A stretch of DNA of 63,318 bases. Source: a virus. Taxonomy: Duplodnaviria > Caudoviricetes. Both the position numbers and the translations under genes were made by a program. Shown here in pieces: positions 9,570-19,995 of the stretch. The notes under the pieces are model-generated. The model did not search any database. It had not been told where the DNA came from and was given only the letters and a program-made list of their open reading frames with translations. How positions within the stretch are numbered: position 1 is the first letter of the stretch; each line of letters opens with the position of its first letter. The stretch lies in IMG/VR virus record IMGVR_UViG_3300037993_001113, positions 1-63,318 of that record; one strand, 5' to 3'.

Positions 9570-12500
9570 ATGAAACCTGTCATCGTTTTCCTTCTCTTCG
9601 CGGTCGCTCTCGGCGCGACGACCTGCAACATCACGACCACCGGAACCATCCAGTCCGACGGCTCGGTAAGCGGGTCACCAAACCAGGGCGACGTGTATCA
9701 GATACAGGGGACCAACACCGGATACGCCTACGTAGACGATGACGCGGTTGCCAACGGTACTCTTGTTGTCACTTCGCCGAGCGGCGGGCACACTGTAACG
9801 ACAGGATTGTTCCTGCTGAACCAGCATTCAAACGGCGGCACGAATACATTCGCCGCACGTATTGCGGCGGGATACGTGGCGCCAGGTTCGTGGATGGCCG
9901 GGGTGTGGACATGGCAACTGAATTTCTCGGACGAACTAAGCAACACCTGCACAGCAACCGGATCGTATACGGTCGCCTCAACATGGAATGCTGCGAATGG
10001 CTTCCTGCGCCAATACCCCGGAACGACCAATCTCGTCACCGATGGCAATAATCAGGCATTCTGGGGTCTGGGGGGTCAATGGGTTGCGCCTTGGAACAGC
10101 AGCCCTTCATATTCCGTTTCGCCTAATTACGCAGGCACTCCTGCCAGCGCGATGGTGACCGTGAGCGGAACTGCCGTTACGTGGTCGAGCGGTGCACAGT
10201 TCTCCACCCAAACTCTTTCGGCGGGGGTCTACAACCAGATTTACATTTGCCCGACCGGTCCGTCAAGCTGCGTCTACTATGGCGGTCCCGGCGTAGTAGT
10301 CAACAACGCTACTTCCCTGACCCTCCCATCAAGCGGCGGCACCTATTCCACTCCGGTTCCTGCATACCTTGGCTTTGTTCGTGATTTCGGTTCAGGAGGA
10401 GGCCGCGCCATAGATTATCAGTCCACCTTTACGCAGGCAGCACAATTCATGAAGCAGTGGGGTGTTAACCTCACTCGCTTGTCGGACCTCAATAATCAGC
10501 CGGAAGGCATTGGCGGGACGTTCCTCGGAACAGGCTACAACACTTACAACTTCAATATGAGCGGGAACACTAACTGGGGCGCTCCGCATATCGATTCAGT
10601 GCTGGCTGCAATGCACGCGGCAGGAATCCATTTGAATATGGGTCCAATAACAGGGTTCAGCGGTGCCAGTAGTATCTGTCCAAGCTACGTCTGCACATCC
10701 GCCGAGCAATCGAACCTCCAGCATTACATTGCTTACGTTTCTGCCAGGTGGGGAGCATTTTCGGACTTCTATGAAATAGCTGCCGAGATGCATCCGACGC
10801 AGACCTGGGTTGATCATATCGGTGCTGCCCTGGCCACCGGAGTAAGCGGCATTGCCGGAGGAAATCCCGCGGATCCATACGGTCACTTCATCACGGTGTC
10901 CGACTGGCCTCCGTATCAGACAGGCTCGCTCCAGTACGGTCCCGGCACATCGACGCCCGACGCCTACATGAATCAGATTTCCATGGACAACGTGGACTCG
11001 ATGAACGGGACGGCGATCTACTCGTACGCCAGCAGTGGGTTCGGGTCGCCGGGGACCTATTACTGCGGAAACCAGAGTCCTTTACTGCCGAGCAATCAAA
11101 GCGAGGGTCCTTCGGGACCAAGTGCAGCTCCTCTCCCCGGAGGAAGCGGCGTGCTCGGAACCTATCCCGCAACCCAGAGTCCCGCTGTTCCGAACGATGA
11201 AGTAAACGGCGCGCGGATCGTTGATGAATTCTTTTCGCTGTGCGGAAAATCCACGGCTACGGCTTTCAATTTTCTGAGCGATTTCTTCCCGGTCAATTCA
11301 AGCACTCCGTTCATCGCCGAGACATGGCTGGACTTCACCCTGGGCAAGTACAACATCGGGAACTTCATGGTCGGTCTGGATCCGGCTGCCGTTCCGATCT
11401 CGGTTACTCTGGGCGGCGGCTGTGCGGGGGCTGCCTGTAATACTACCGGTCTTGGTTCGACTAACCACATGCGCTTTGGTATTCTCAGTTCGACCGGAAA
11501 CGCCACAACCGGCGTGCCCAACGCGGTGACTAATCCTACGGTAACCCTCACGGTCCCCCAGGCGTCCATGACGGGGGCCTGGGTGTTGCCTTCGACCGGG
11601 GCCACGCTCGCCACGTTTACAACTTCCGCTACGGCTGGTTCCCAGAGCTTCACTTACACCGGGACATTCAATGTGGACTTGTGGCTCCAGTTGGACGCCC
11701 CCACCGCAACAGTCACGCTGAACGGAGTGAATTACAACCTTCAGCAGCATCCGCGCGTGATGCTCGATGGTCCGAGCGGTGCTCTTTCGACAGCCCTGCA
11801 GAACACCGCCACCAGGGCGAACGTCAGCAACATCGCTTACGCGGCCCTGCAGACCCAGACTAACAACTACGTTTCGCAGGGCTATCAGAACCCCATGACC
11901 GACTACGCTCTGTGGTCGGACACTGGCAGCAGCAGCTACAACGCCTATCCCGGCAACAACACTCTCATGTGCGCCCTTATGTGGTGGGCACAGGGCGGCC
12001 CGAGCCAGTCGCCCATCGATCCGAATGGCTACCTGGCCTGCGCCGAGTACGGCATCGAAAATGCCATCCGCATCGTGGGGAACAGCGCGGCATGTCCGAC
12101 CGGCAGCAACTACTGCGGCCCGGTCTCCGCCGGCGAGCGCACCAACGATACTGACTATGTTCGGCAGTACATCATAGCCTATGCCCAGGCGTATTCCATC
12201 ATTCGCAGTCAACTGACGACCGGGCAACGGCAAACATTTGCCAACTATATGCTGAACGACTGGACGGCTTCGCAGGGTGGAATAGACACGACAGCCTGTA
12301 CACCCCAGTCAGTCACCCAGGGAACGGGAACTCTTTCGACAAGCGGCTCCAGCCAGACGGTGACCATTACCGGCGGGACGACATCTCAGATCGGAGTCGG
12401 ATACGTAATCTTCAACACTACCAGCACCGTGGGTCCAGGCTTTCAAAGTCAGTGGTCCCCTGCCACTGTCGTAACCGGGATCACCAACTCGACGACATTT

Positions 12501-14927
12501 ACGGTCAGCAATTCCGTCAACATCCCGTCAGGACTCTCGTTTCCGCTTATCTATTCGCCGCCATGGACGACCGGAAACTGCGGCATCGTCTGGTTCATGA
12601 AGCATCACTCGGCCAGCCCGCCGATTGCGCCAAACTATGTGGGAAATTATAACAGCGGCGGCGGGGATCTTGCTCCTGATTTGAACCTGAACCTGACCGG
12701 TATTATTGGCGAGTTAGCCATTGGTGACGCTTTGGCCGACGACGACCCCCGTGCCGTCACGCTGTTTGAGCAGGCATACAACTGGTACTACGCGAATCAG
12801 TACGGATTTTATCTCTCGGCGGACACTGGGTTTAGTTCGTCCGGTAACGCCTACTCCAACGCACGCACGCATCGGTTCAAGCATCAGGTGTATGAGATGA
12901 TCCAGAAGTCCGTTATCAGCGGACCGAACCTCGGTGGCCAGTATTTGACGCGGGAAATTCCTTTCGAGTTCATGGGGATGTTACCGGATTCGGTGCAGGG
13001 CAGCACTTACGATGTGATCCCGTTCCAACAGGCCGACGCAAACAAGTGGGGAACCGGATCGGGCGGAATTGAGACACTGTATACGATTGCCGGGATTCAA
13101 AGCACAGACCCCAGCACTCCATATCTCAACTACTATCTGATGACAAGGCGCGGCGACTATGTTGCTTCGAGTATGGGATCGAGCACAAGCTGGTCCGAAC
13201 CGACCGTCTACGCTTATATCTTTATGGACCCGGCGGCTACGCAGACGAACATTACCGGTTTTTCTACGCAATACCTTTTCAATGACACAGAATACTCAAC
13301 CTGCGTCAGTCTCGGACTAACCTGCTACCCGAACCAGACATGGTCACAAGTCCTGACCCGTTCGGGATGGTCATCAACGGACGACGTGGCGATGCTGGAG
13401 GCGGGATGGACCAACGGGTCAGACCACAGTTCCGGCGATACATCTGACGGCATGGGCAACTGGGGGGATTTTCGTATCTACCGTAACAGTGCGTTTCTGC
13501 TGGCCGACGACACCGGAGCGCAAACGGATCATACGAACAGCCCCGAACAGATGAACATGATCGAACTGGGCGCGGGAGCGAACTGGGCCCAGGGAACCAC
13601 ATATGAAAACTGGCCCACCCCATCTTATGATGTGTATTGCAGCAACGGAAGCGGGGGCGGCGGGTCTCGCTCTTACGGCGGCACATACGGCGGTTGCAAC
13701 GCACCGATCCTGCGCTGGGCTTCGACCGATCCGACCGGAGACAGTTCGAACCGGTACATGTACGTGATGACGGACATGAAGAATGTCTACAATCCAAATA
13801 ACATCACGAGCGCTCCGGTCCGGGTGCAGCGGCACATCATGCACTTCAAGAAGCCTTCCTATCAGGATTACTTTGTGGTTTATGACGACGTAGCGACGGG
13901 AGCGGCAACGACCATTGCAGCGCTGTGGCAGTACGGGCTGTGCGCCTGGGTTCCCGGTCAGGGTTCCAGTTCCCTCGGAACATGCGGGACGCCGGCCTCG
14001 GTAATCAACTTTTCGGGAAATACAGTCAGCGACACGCAGGCAAGTTCCCAACTGAATTCGACTTTCATCTATCCGGGCGCGGCAGGAACGCTGATCAATC
14101 AGGGCAACACGTACACCGGGCACAACATCCCCACCGGCCTCACCAACCGTCTCTACTCCTGCCAGGGTTCGAGCGGGACCTGCAATACTTCCGCAACCAG
14201 CTTCGAGGAGATCGTGGTTCACCAGCCGGTCAACGGCACCGGAACCATGCCGACGCTCACCGCGCTGACATGTTCAGGGACCGGAGGAAACTGTGCGGCA
14301 CAGCAGATTGCAGACAGCGGCTATCCGCGGGTGGCGATGTTTGCGCGCCAGGGCGTTTTATTGACCGGCGCGAGCTTCACGAGCACGCACAGCGGTACGG
14401 CGCAGTATCTTCTCGCGGGGTTCGCGCCGGCCTCGTACAACGTCACGGTGGGCGGCAGCGCGGTAACGGGATCTCCGTTCACGGTCAATTCCGGTGACAA
14501 CACGATCTACTTTGAGAGCACCGGCGGGGCGGTAGCCGTCTCGCAGGTTGGCGGCGTCGTAGTGCCCACGGTGACGACCACGACGGTCTCAGGTGTCACC
14601 TCGTCAGGCGGAACTACCGGGGGTACCGTAACGAGCAATGGCGGGGCATCGGTGACGAGCGAGGGAGTCTACTACGGGTTGTCTTCGCCTCCCGGCACGC
14701 TGTGCGCCGCCGGGGGAACGAGTTCACCGTTTACGGTTACGCTGGGAAGCGGCGGATGTACGGCGTTGAGTCCGAACACGGGCTATTATTATCAGGCTTG
14801 TGCGACCAACTCGGCGGGGCAGGGCTGCGGGAGCATTCTGAGCTTCACAACGCTGGTTTCTGCCGCTGGTCCGAGTGTGACCGTAAGCGGCGCGGTAAAG
14901 TTGAGCGGTAACACGGTGTTTCACTAA
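9570..14927 (+). CDS. 1785-aa multidomain putative polysaccharide depolymerase (glycoside-hydrolase-like barrel + heparinase II/III / alginate-lyase-like region + FN3-like C-terminus), signal peptide
   Basis: MKPVIVFLLFAVALGA leader; 'YIAYVSARWGAF..YEIAAE' GH-A-like; 'QHPRVMLD' and 'TRSGWSS..DH..GDFRIYR' heparinase-like; 'LSPNTGYYYQACATNSAG' FN3-like. Confidence 0.6.
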   Translation: MKPVIVFLLFAVALGATTCNITTTGTIQSDGSVSGSPNQGDVYQIQGTNTGYAYVDDDAVANGTLVVTSPSGGHTVTTGLFLLNQHSNGGTNTFAARIAAGYVAPGSWMAGVWTWQLNFSDELSNTCTATGSYTVASTWNAANGFLRQYPGTTNLVTDGNNQAFWGLGGQWVAPWNSSPSYSVSPNYAGTPASAMVTVSGTAVTWSSGAQFSTQTLSAGVYNQIYICPTGPSSCVYYGGPGVVVNNATSLTLPSSGGTYSTPVPAYLGFVRDFGSGGGRAIDYQSTFTQAAQFMKQWGVNLTRLSDLNNQPEGIGGTFLGTGYNTYNFNMSGNTNWGAPHIDSVLAAMHAAGIHLNMGPITGFSGASSICPSYVCTSAEQSNLQHYIAYVSARWGAFSDFYEIAAEMHPTQTWVDHIGAALATGVSGIAGGNPADPYGHFITVSDWPPYQTGSLQYGPGTSTPDAYMNQISMDNVDSMNGTAIYSYASSGFGSPGTYYCGNQSPLLPSNQSEGPSGPSAAPLPGGSGVLGTYPATQSPAVPNDEVNGARIVDEFFSLCGKSTATAFNFLSDFFPVNSSTPFIAETWLDFTLGKYNIGNFMVGLDPAAVPISVTLGGGCAGAACNTTGLGSTNHMRFGILSSTGNATTGVPNAVTNPTVTLTVPQASMTGAWVLPSTGATLATFTTSATAGSQSFTYTGTFNVDLWLQLDAPTATVTLNGVNYNLQQHPRVMLDGPSGALSTALQNTATRANVSNIAYAALQTQTNNYVSQGYQNPMTDYALWSDTGSSSYNAYPGNNTLMCALMWWAQGGPSQSPIDPNGYLACAEYGIENAIRIVGNSAACPTGSNYCGPVSAGERTNDTDYVRQYIIAYAQAYSIIRSQLTTGQRQTFANYMLNDWTASQGGIDTTACTPQSVTQGTGTLSTSGSSQTVTITGGTTSQIGVGYVIFNTTSTVGPGFQSQWSPATVVTGITNSTTFTVSNSVNIPSGLSFPLIYSPPWTTGNCGIVWFMKHHSASPPIAPNYVGNYNSGGGDLAPDLNLNLTGIIGELAIGDALADDDPRAVTLFEQAYNWYYANQYGFYLSADTGFSSSGNAYSNARTHRFKHQVYEMIQKSVISGPNLGGQYLTREIPFEFMGMLPDSVQGSTYDVIPFQQADANKWGTGSGGIETLYTIAGIQSTDPSTPYLNYYLMTRRGDYVASSMGSSTSWSEPTVYAYIFMDPAATQTNITGFSTQYLFNDTEYSTCVSLGLTCYPNQTWSQVLTRSGWSSTDDVAMLEAGWTNGSDHSSGDTSDGMGNWGDFRIYRNSAFLLADDTGAQTDHTNSPEQMNMIELGAGANWAQGTTYENWPTPSYDVYCSNGSGGGGSRSYGGTYGGCNAPILRWASTDPTGDSSNRYMYVMTDMKNVYNPNNITSAPVRVQRHIMHFKKPSYQDYFVVYDDVATGAATTIAALWQYGLCAWVPGQGSSSLGTCGTPASVINFSGNTVSDTQASSQLNSTFIYPGAAGTLINQGNTYTGHNIPTGLTNRLYSCQGSSGTCNTSATSFEEIVVHQPVNGTGTMPTLTALTCSGTGGNCAAQQIADSGYPRVAMFARQGVLLTGASFTSTHSGTAQYLLAGFAPASYNVTVGGSAVTGSPFTVNSGDNTIYFESTGGAVAVSQVGGVVVPTVTTTTVSGVTSSGGTTGGTVTSNGGASVTSEGVYYGLSSPPGTLCAAGGTSSPFTVTLGSGGCTALSPNTGYYYQACATNSAGQGCGSILSFTTLVSAAGPSVTVSGAVKLSGNTVFH

Positions 14928-14978
14928 GCATCGCACATACGTCCATTGGGGCAGGCAGAATCGGCGCACTACCGTTCA

Positions 14979-15008
14979 TTGCCTTACACATGCTCCCTGA
15001 TGTAAACT
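14979..15008 (+). promoter_or_regulatory. Putative sigma70-type promoter giving a leaderless mRNA
   Basis: TTGCCT-18-TAAACT with ATG 6 nt downstream and no SD. Confidence 0.35.
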
Positions 15009-15014
15009 TCACCC

Positions 15015-15383
15015 ATGGGCGCACCAGCTACCGGATACCCGCTGCAGCCACCTGCTTATATCGCAGGTACGATCACCATCAGCGCGGCGCAGGCGAACAC
15101 GCCGCAGCAGCTGCTGGCGCTGATTCAGGCGCAGCTGGACGCCAATTGTCCCGGCGTATGCCGGGCAATGAGCGTGCAGATCGACAACACCGTGCTGTAC
15201 GGCGGCTGCCAGTCGCAGGGCGGTACTTCCACCGCTCTCAGCACGAGCAATTACGGCTGGGAGCTGACCAGCACTTTCCCGATAAAAACATGGGGGAGCG
15301 ATTTCCCCGGATCGCAGGTTCCCATCGGCAACATGCAGATTTTCATGGCCGCCGGGACATTTCACGTCGAGGTACTGGTTTAA
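15015..15383 (+). CDS. Hypothetical virion-module protein
   Basis: Fits the operon; 122 aa. Confidence 0.6.
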   Translation: MGAPATGYPLQPPAYIAGTITISAAQANTPQQLLALIQAQLDANCPGVCRAMSVQIDNTVLYGGCQSQGGTSTALSTSNYGWELTSTFPIKTWGSDFPGSQVPIGNMQIFMAAGTFHVEVLV

Positions 15384-15392
15384 AGCCATTCC

Positions 15393-15995
15393 ATGAGCGG
15401 GTCACCCAGTCCCGGCAGCGGTTTGGCGCTGGAGCCGATCAGCGGCAACAGCCTGACGCAGTTCATCAGATCCATCGAAGGGCTCACCGGGACGCAGGGA
15501 CAGAACATCCTCGGGCAGGGATTGCAGGAGGAACAGTCCGGCATCAACGCCGCCGGTCCGGCACTCAGTTTCCTGACCAATCTTGTGAAAGGCGACCAGG
15601 CTGATGTAACGCAGGCCGCGCAGCCGCAGATCGACCAGATCACCCAGCAGTTCGATGCGATCCGTAACATGATATCGCTGCAACCGCGCGGCGGCGGCAA
15701 GACTACCGCGCTGGCGGAAGCGCCGTTTCAGAAGGCCGGCGATATTCAGCGCACCGAAGGCGCAATGCGCACACAGGCAGCCGGGCAGCTTGGCAACCTG
15801 TCTGTACAACTGGCTAATCTCGGTTTGGGCACCGCCGGTCTGGGCGAAGGGCTGGAATCGCTTTCGGCTACCACCGCACTCACCAAGGAAGGGCAGGATT
15901 ACAGCCAGCCATCGGCGCTGACGCAGGTACTGCAGGGATTGTCGTGGGCGACCGGCGCGGCCGAAACCGGAGCGCAGATATCGCAGTTGATCTAG
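15393..15995 (+). CDS. Putative DNA ejection/internal virion protein
   Basis: G/Q/A/L-rich helical protein, first of three after the tail genes. Confidence 0.55.
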   Translation: MSGSPSPGSGLALEPISGNSLTQFIRSIEGLTGTQGQNILGQGLQEEQSGINAAGPALSFLTNLVKGDQADVTQAAQPQIDQITQQFDAIRNMISLQPRGGGKTTALAEAPFQKAGDIQRTEGAMRTQAAGQLGNLSVQLANLGLGTAGLGEGLESLSATTALTKEGQDYSQPSALTQVLQGLSWATGAAETGAQISQLI

Positions 15996-16037
15996 TTATG
16001 TAGACTCTACAAAGGAACCGCACACAGGACCTCCTTC

Positions 16038-17840
16038 ATGGGCGCACTAACACAGTTGATCCAGATGAAACGCCAGCAGGAAGCGCAGGGCGTGGTGGAT
16101 TCGCTCGCGCCGTCGCAGTTCATCCTGAAGAGTTTCGAGAAAGACCCGTCGAGCGTGGACCCGACGGTGCTGGAACAGGCGTTGAAGAACATTCAGGAAA
16201 TCGGCAACGCCGAAAGTGGGCAGTCCGGTGGCGCAGGCGGAAAAGGTGGCAAGGGTAAAGGCGGGGGCGCGGGCGGTAAGGGCCTCGGCGATCTGTTCGC
16301 CAACATCGCATCGTTGGGTATCGCGGGCGTGCGCAAGCAGGAGCTGTCGCGACGCGAGCGAATGCAGACCGCCGAAACCGACGTGGCCCGCAGCAACCCG
16401 CTGTTGAAGTTGCGAACGCCGGAAGCCCGGCAGGAGATCGCCTTGCGCATGCAGGCGGTCGAAGCCGCTGAACAGCGCAAGCAGCAGCGGATCGCCGATC
16501 AGGAAGCGTACGAAGACCGGGTGAAACGCGCCGATGCCACCGGGGTTACCGGGCGCGACCGCACCGAATACCTGCTCACCGGGAAGTTTCCGACCGGCAC
16601 CGGTGCCACCGGGGGCGCGCCGCGTGTAGTTTACGGCAAGATCAAAGGGCAGGAAGCCGAAGGCGTGCAACCGTTGTCGTTCAACCCGCGCGACCCGAAC
16701 GGCTATATCGACGTCAACGGGCGCACTTACACCAAAGAACAGGTGGAGCTGACCGGGCCGCCCGCGCCCACCGACCGGTTGTTCGGGCGGTCGCTTGAAA
16801 TCGCCAAGATCGTGGAAGGGGAAGGATACAAGCGAGGCACCCCGGAGTACAATCAGCGGTTTGGGCAGATCGCCGCGGCGGATATCGGCACGTCGATTGC
16901 CGCGCAACAGCAACGGATGGGCATCGCCGGGTACGAATCCGGGATCGGCGCCGGGCAGGGGATACCGCCGGATCGCAGTGGGGGACCACCGGCACCGCCT
17001 GCCGCAACCGCTACGCCGTCTGCAGCACCTGCCGCAACCGCCGCCACACCTACCGCCACGCCGCCCGCGAAACCCCGGCTTACTCCGCGCACTGCAACCG
17101 CCACCCCGACACCTGCAGCCGTAAAATCCGACGTTATGACCGACCGGTTCGTGTCCATGTATATCGACTCGGTCTTCGGCAACCGTCCACCCGGTGGCGG
17201 CGCCGCCAACATCGGTGTGATCAAGGGACGCGATGCGCTGCGTAAGCGGCTGGGACTGGACCCGGTGACGTTCAGCGCGGTGATGGCTGGCGACAAGGCC
17301 GAAGTGAAAGCGATGTTCGACACGGTTGAGCGCAAGGTGGCTATCGAGCGCGTCAACAACGTGCTGGCGCTGGTGGGCGACCGCACCATCCAGAACGCGC
17401 AGCGGGTGGTAAATACGGGCAGTCCGTGGCTTACCCGTCCGTGGCGGAAGATCGAACGCGGCGCTACAGGCGACCCGGCGCTTGAAGCGTTCCTGATCGA
17501 TATGAACGAGATGACCCGGCAGTACACCACGCTGACCGCCGGCGGGGCGCTCAGCAAGGCGATGCTGCCTGAAGGCGCTGCCGAAAAGGTGGAAGCGATC
17601 CTCGACCCAAACGCGACCCTGCAGGAAGCCATCGCGCAAGTACAGGAAGTCAAACAGTTTGGCAGGATGGAGCAACAGGGTTTTGCCACCACGCAGCAGC
17701 ATATCGTGCAGAAGATCCTGAGCGACGTTGGCGGGCGTGGTGGTACCACGCATTTCACGGAAGGCAGTGATGCCTGGGACATCCCGGCGGACAAGGTTGA
17801 CGCGTTCAAACGCAAACATCCCAACGCAAGGGCACAGTAA
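16038..17840 (+). CDS. Putative DNA ejection/internal virion protein
   Basis: Coiled-coil, PAT-rich linker, typical podovirus position. Confidence 0.55.
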   Translation: MGALTQLIQMKRQQEAQGVVDSLAPSQFILKSFEKDPSSVDPTVLEQALKNIQEIGNAESGQSGGAGGKGGKGKGGGAGGKGLGDLFANIASLGIAGVRKQELSRRERMQTAETDVARSNPLLKLRTPEARQEIALRMQAVEAAEQRKQQRIADQEAYEDRVKRADATGVTGRDRTEYLLTGKFPTGTGATGGAPRVVYGKIKGQEAEGVQPLSFNPRDPNGYIDVNGRTYTKEQVELTGPPAPTDRLFGRSLEIAKIVEGEGYKRGTPEYNQRFGQIAAADIGTSIAAQQQRMGIAGYESGIGAGQGIPPDRSGGPPAPPAATATPSAAPAATAATPTATPPAKPRLTPRTATATPTPAAVKSDVMTDRFVSMYIDSVFGNRPPGGGAANIGVIKGRDALRKRLGLDPVTFSAVMAGDKAEVKAMFDTVERKVAIERVNNVLALVGDRTIQNAQRVVNTGSPWLTRPWRKIERGATGDPALEAFLIDMNEMTRQYTTLTAGGALSKAMLPEGAAEKVEAILDPNATLQEAIAQVQEVKQFGRMEQQGFATTQQHIVQKILSDVGGRGGTTHFTEGSDAWDIPADKVDAFKRKHPNARAQ

Positions 17841-19117
17841 TGCCGGACGAATTCGACCAGTACAAAGCGCGGTCGGCCGGCAGCGCATCGGGCGACGAAT
17901 TCGACCGGTACCGTGTCGCTGCGGGGCCGCCCAAACCGAAACTCAAACCCAAATCGGAGCAGAAAAGTCCTGCGGCGAAGTTCGGTGGCGCATTCTGGGA
18001 GAACCTGTCCGCTGCATTCAGTCCCGCTAATGTGCTGCGCGGACTGAGCGATATGGCTATCGCTTTTTCCGGCGATCCGGCGGCGTTCAGCGAAGAGAAT
18101 GTAAAACGAAAAGAACAGGTTTACGAAGGTTTGGCGGGCAGCACGGAACAGCCTTTTCGGGAGATCGCGCATGGCGCTCCCGCTGAGGGTGCCGGACATC
18201 TGCTGGGCATAGCGGCGCCTTACGCAGTGGATGAAGTTGTCGGCCGCGGGCTGGGTAAGATTGCGCGCAAAACCCTGCCCGCCGCGGCCCGATCCGTGTA
18301 CGAAGCCGAACTACGCCCCGGTACGAAACCTTCGCTTGCGCAGCGCGCCGAAATGGTTGAGCGCGGGATCGAAGGCAACCTGCCGATAGAAGAGAAGTCG
18401 CTGGGCAAACTGGAAGCCGCAATAAAAGCCAACAAGGACAAGATCGACACACTAACCAAGGACCCGGCGAGTCCGTACGCGGCGCGCACGGTACCGGTAG
18501 CGGACGTATTGTTGCCGGTAGACCAGTTTATTCAGCGTGTCGCCCGCGTGGACAAGGGCGCGGCAAAGGCGCTCATGCAGCGGCGTGCGCAGTGGGCAAG
18601 GTCGCTCGGCGGAGGACCGGATACTACTATCGCGGCGGCGCAGGCGCTCAAGGAAGACCTGTATGCGGCGATTAACAGCGGGTCCTATGCCGGAACCGCT
18701 GAACCGGGCACGCTGGTACAGGGGCGTAAACTTGCGGCGCGCGGAATCAAAAAGGCAATCGAAGACGCGGTACCGGAGCAGCCAATCCGAAAGATCAACC
18801 ACGCGATAGAAACCGACATTCGGCTGAAGGACACGATCAACAGCGCAATCAAACGGCACCCGTCATGGATCAACGACTGGGCGGTGTTCGTATTGGGAGC
18901 CGGGGCGGGAGAGGCGTTGGGCGGGCATATCGGCGGAGGCGCGGCGGCGGTTGGAGCGCTGACCCGGATGGCCGCGCGCAACCCCCGTATTATGAGCCGT
19001 CTGGCTATTGCGCTGGACCGCAGCGGCAACGCGGATCTGGCCGCGGCGCTTAAACCGGCAACGGCGGCGGCACAGGTCGGCGCTGCGGTAAACGGGGGAG
19101 CGACATCAAACTGGTAA
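17840..19117 (+). CDS. Putative DNA ejection/internal virion protein
   Basis: TAATG coupling; N-terminal 'DEFDQY/DEFDRY' repeats; Gly-rich hydrophobic C-terminal segment. Confidence 0.55.
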   Translation: MPDEFDQYKARSAGSASGDEFDRYRVAAGPPKPKLKPKSEQKSPAAKFGGAFWENLSAAFSPANVLRGLSDMAIAFSGDPAAFSEENVKRKEQVYEGLAGSTEQPFREIAHGAPAEGAGHLLGIAAPYAVDEVVGRGLGKIARKTLPAAARSVYEAELRPGTKPSLAQRAEMVERGIEGNLPIEEKSLGKLEAAIKANKDKIDTLTKDPASPYAARTVPVADVLLPVDQFIQRVARVDKGAAKALMQRRAQWARSLGGGPDTTIAAAQALKEDLYAAINSGSYAGTAEPGTLVQGRKLAARGIKKAIEDAVPEQPIRKINHAIETDIRLKDTINSAIKRHPSWINDWAVFVLGAGAGEALGGHIGGGAAAVGALTRMAARNPRIMSRLAIALDRSGNADLAAALKPATAAAQVGAAVNGGATSNW

Positions 19118-19119
19118 CC

Positions 19120-19371
19120 ATGCCGGAAATCAACTGGAAACTGGATGTCGGACACATCATTACGATCCTTGCGCTGCTGATCGGAGGCGCGGTAGGCTGG
19201 GGTGCCGTCAATCAGAAAATGGAGGAACACACACGCGCGCTACAGGATATGCGCACGGAACTGACTCTGATTCACGAGAAAGTGGATGCCATCAGCATTC
19301 AGCAGGCCGTTACCGCCACGCAGTTGCAGGAACGGGAGCGGCTGGCGGACGAAAAACAATCAAGCAAGTAG
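19120..19371 (+). CDS. Small membrane protein (one TM + coiled coil), possible lysis protein
   Basis: TM segment IITILALLIGGAVGW. Confidence 0.55.
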   Translation: MPEINWKLDVGHIITILALLIGGAVGWGAVNQKMEEHTRALQDMRTELTLIHEKVDAISIQQAVTATQLQERERLADEKQSSK

Positions 19372-19401
19372 AGTAGACTGGTTACAGGAAGGAGTTCCGT
19401 T

Positions 19402-19605
19402 GTGGATCTCATCACATTGCTTGTCGCGGTGATTGTCGTGGTCGCGGTCGTCTGGGGCGGTTTCTGGGTGTGCGACCGCGCCGGGTTCCCGGTGCCCGTC
19501 AAATGGATCTGGGGCGCGGTGTGCCTGATCGTGCTCATCTGCCTTGTGCTAAATCAGGTAGGTGGTGGCGCCGGGCTGCGCACGCCGTTGTGGCACGGCA
19601 GGTAA
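19402..19605 (+). CDS. Two-TM small membrane protein, holin candidate
   Basis: SD AGGAG, GTG start, two hydrophobic helices. Confidence 0.55.
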   Translation: MDLITLLVAVIVVVAVVWGGFWVCDRAGFPVPVKWIWGAVCLIVLICLVLNQVGGGAGLRTPLWHGR

Positions 19606-19995
19606 TCACTCGATATCGAACGGAACGATCCGCGCGTACACGAACGGTTCGCTCTCCGCATACGCCGCGTCGATCTGTTCGGCACTCACCCCCTGCGCCA
19701 GCAGCCGCTCCTTGCTGAGTGTCTTCCGCGTGGTCCACCCGCTGTAGGAGAACCCGTTGAGCCCGTGGCGCAAACCCTTCAGCCCGTACGCCTCGCAGAT
19801 AGCGCCGAGTTCAGCTTTAATGCGCTCAATCTCTTCTTCGGCTTCGGACTTCTTCGCCGCCTGTCTCACAGCCTTCTTCAACAGCTCGACGGCGCGGGCG
19901 AAGGTGTCGTGATCGTCGATTACCGACGCGATGGGCAGGTTGCTGCCGGATGCGGACAACAAACGCTTCTTTTCTTCTGACATTGCTGCGTTCAC
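19606..19995 (-). CDS. Hypothetical protein (coiled coil)
   Basis: Overlaps the polA stop; last gene of the minus arm. Confidence 0.6.
   Translation of the reverse strand: MNAAMSEEKKRLLSASGSNLPIASVIDDHDTFARAVELLKKAVRQAAKKSEAEEEIERIKAELGAICEAYGLKGLRHGLNGFSYSGWTTRKTLSKERLLAQGVSAEQIDAAYAESEPFVYARIVPFDIE

Noticed and set aside
16047-17888. Long antisense ORFs (also 43927-45771, 59149-60717, 31650-33065, 11298-12233)
   Set aside because: Shadow frames of real high-GC genes; no motifs or SD
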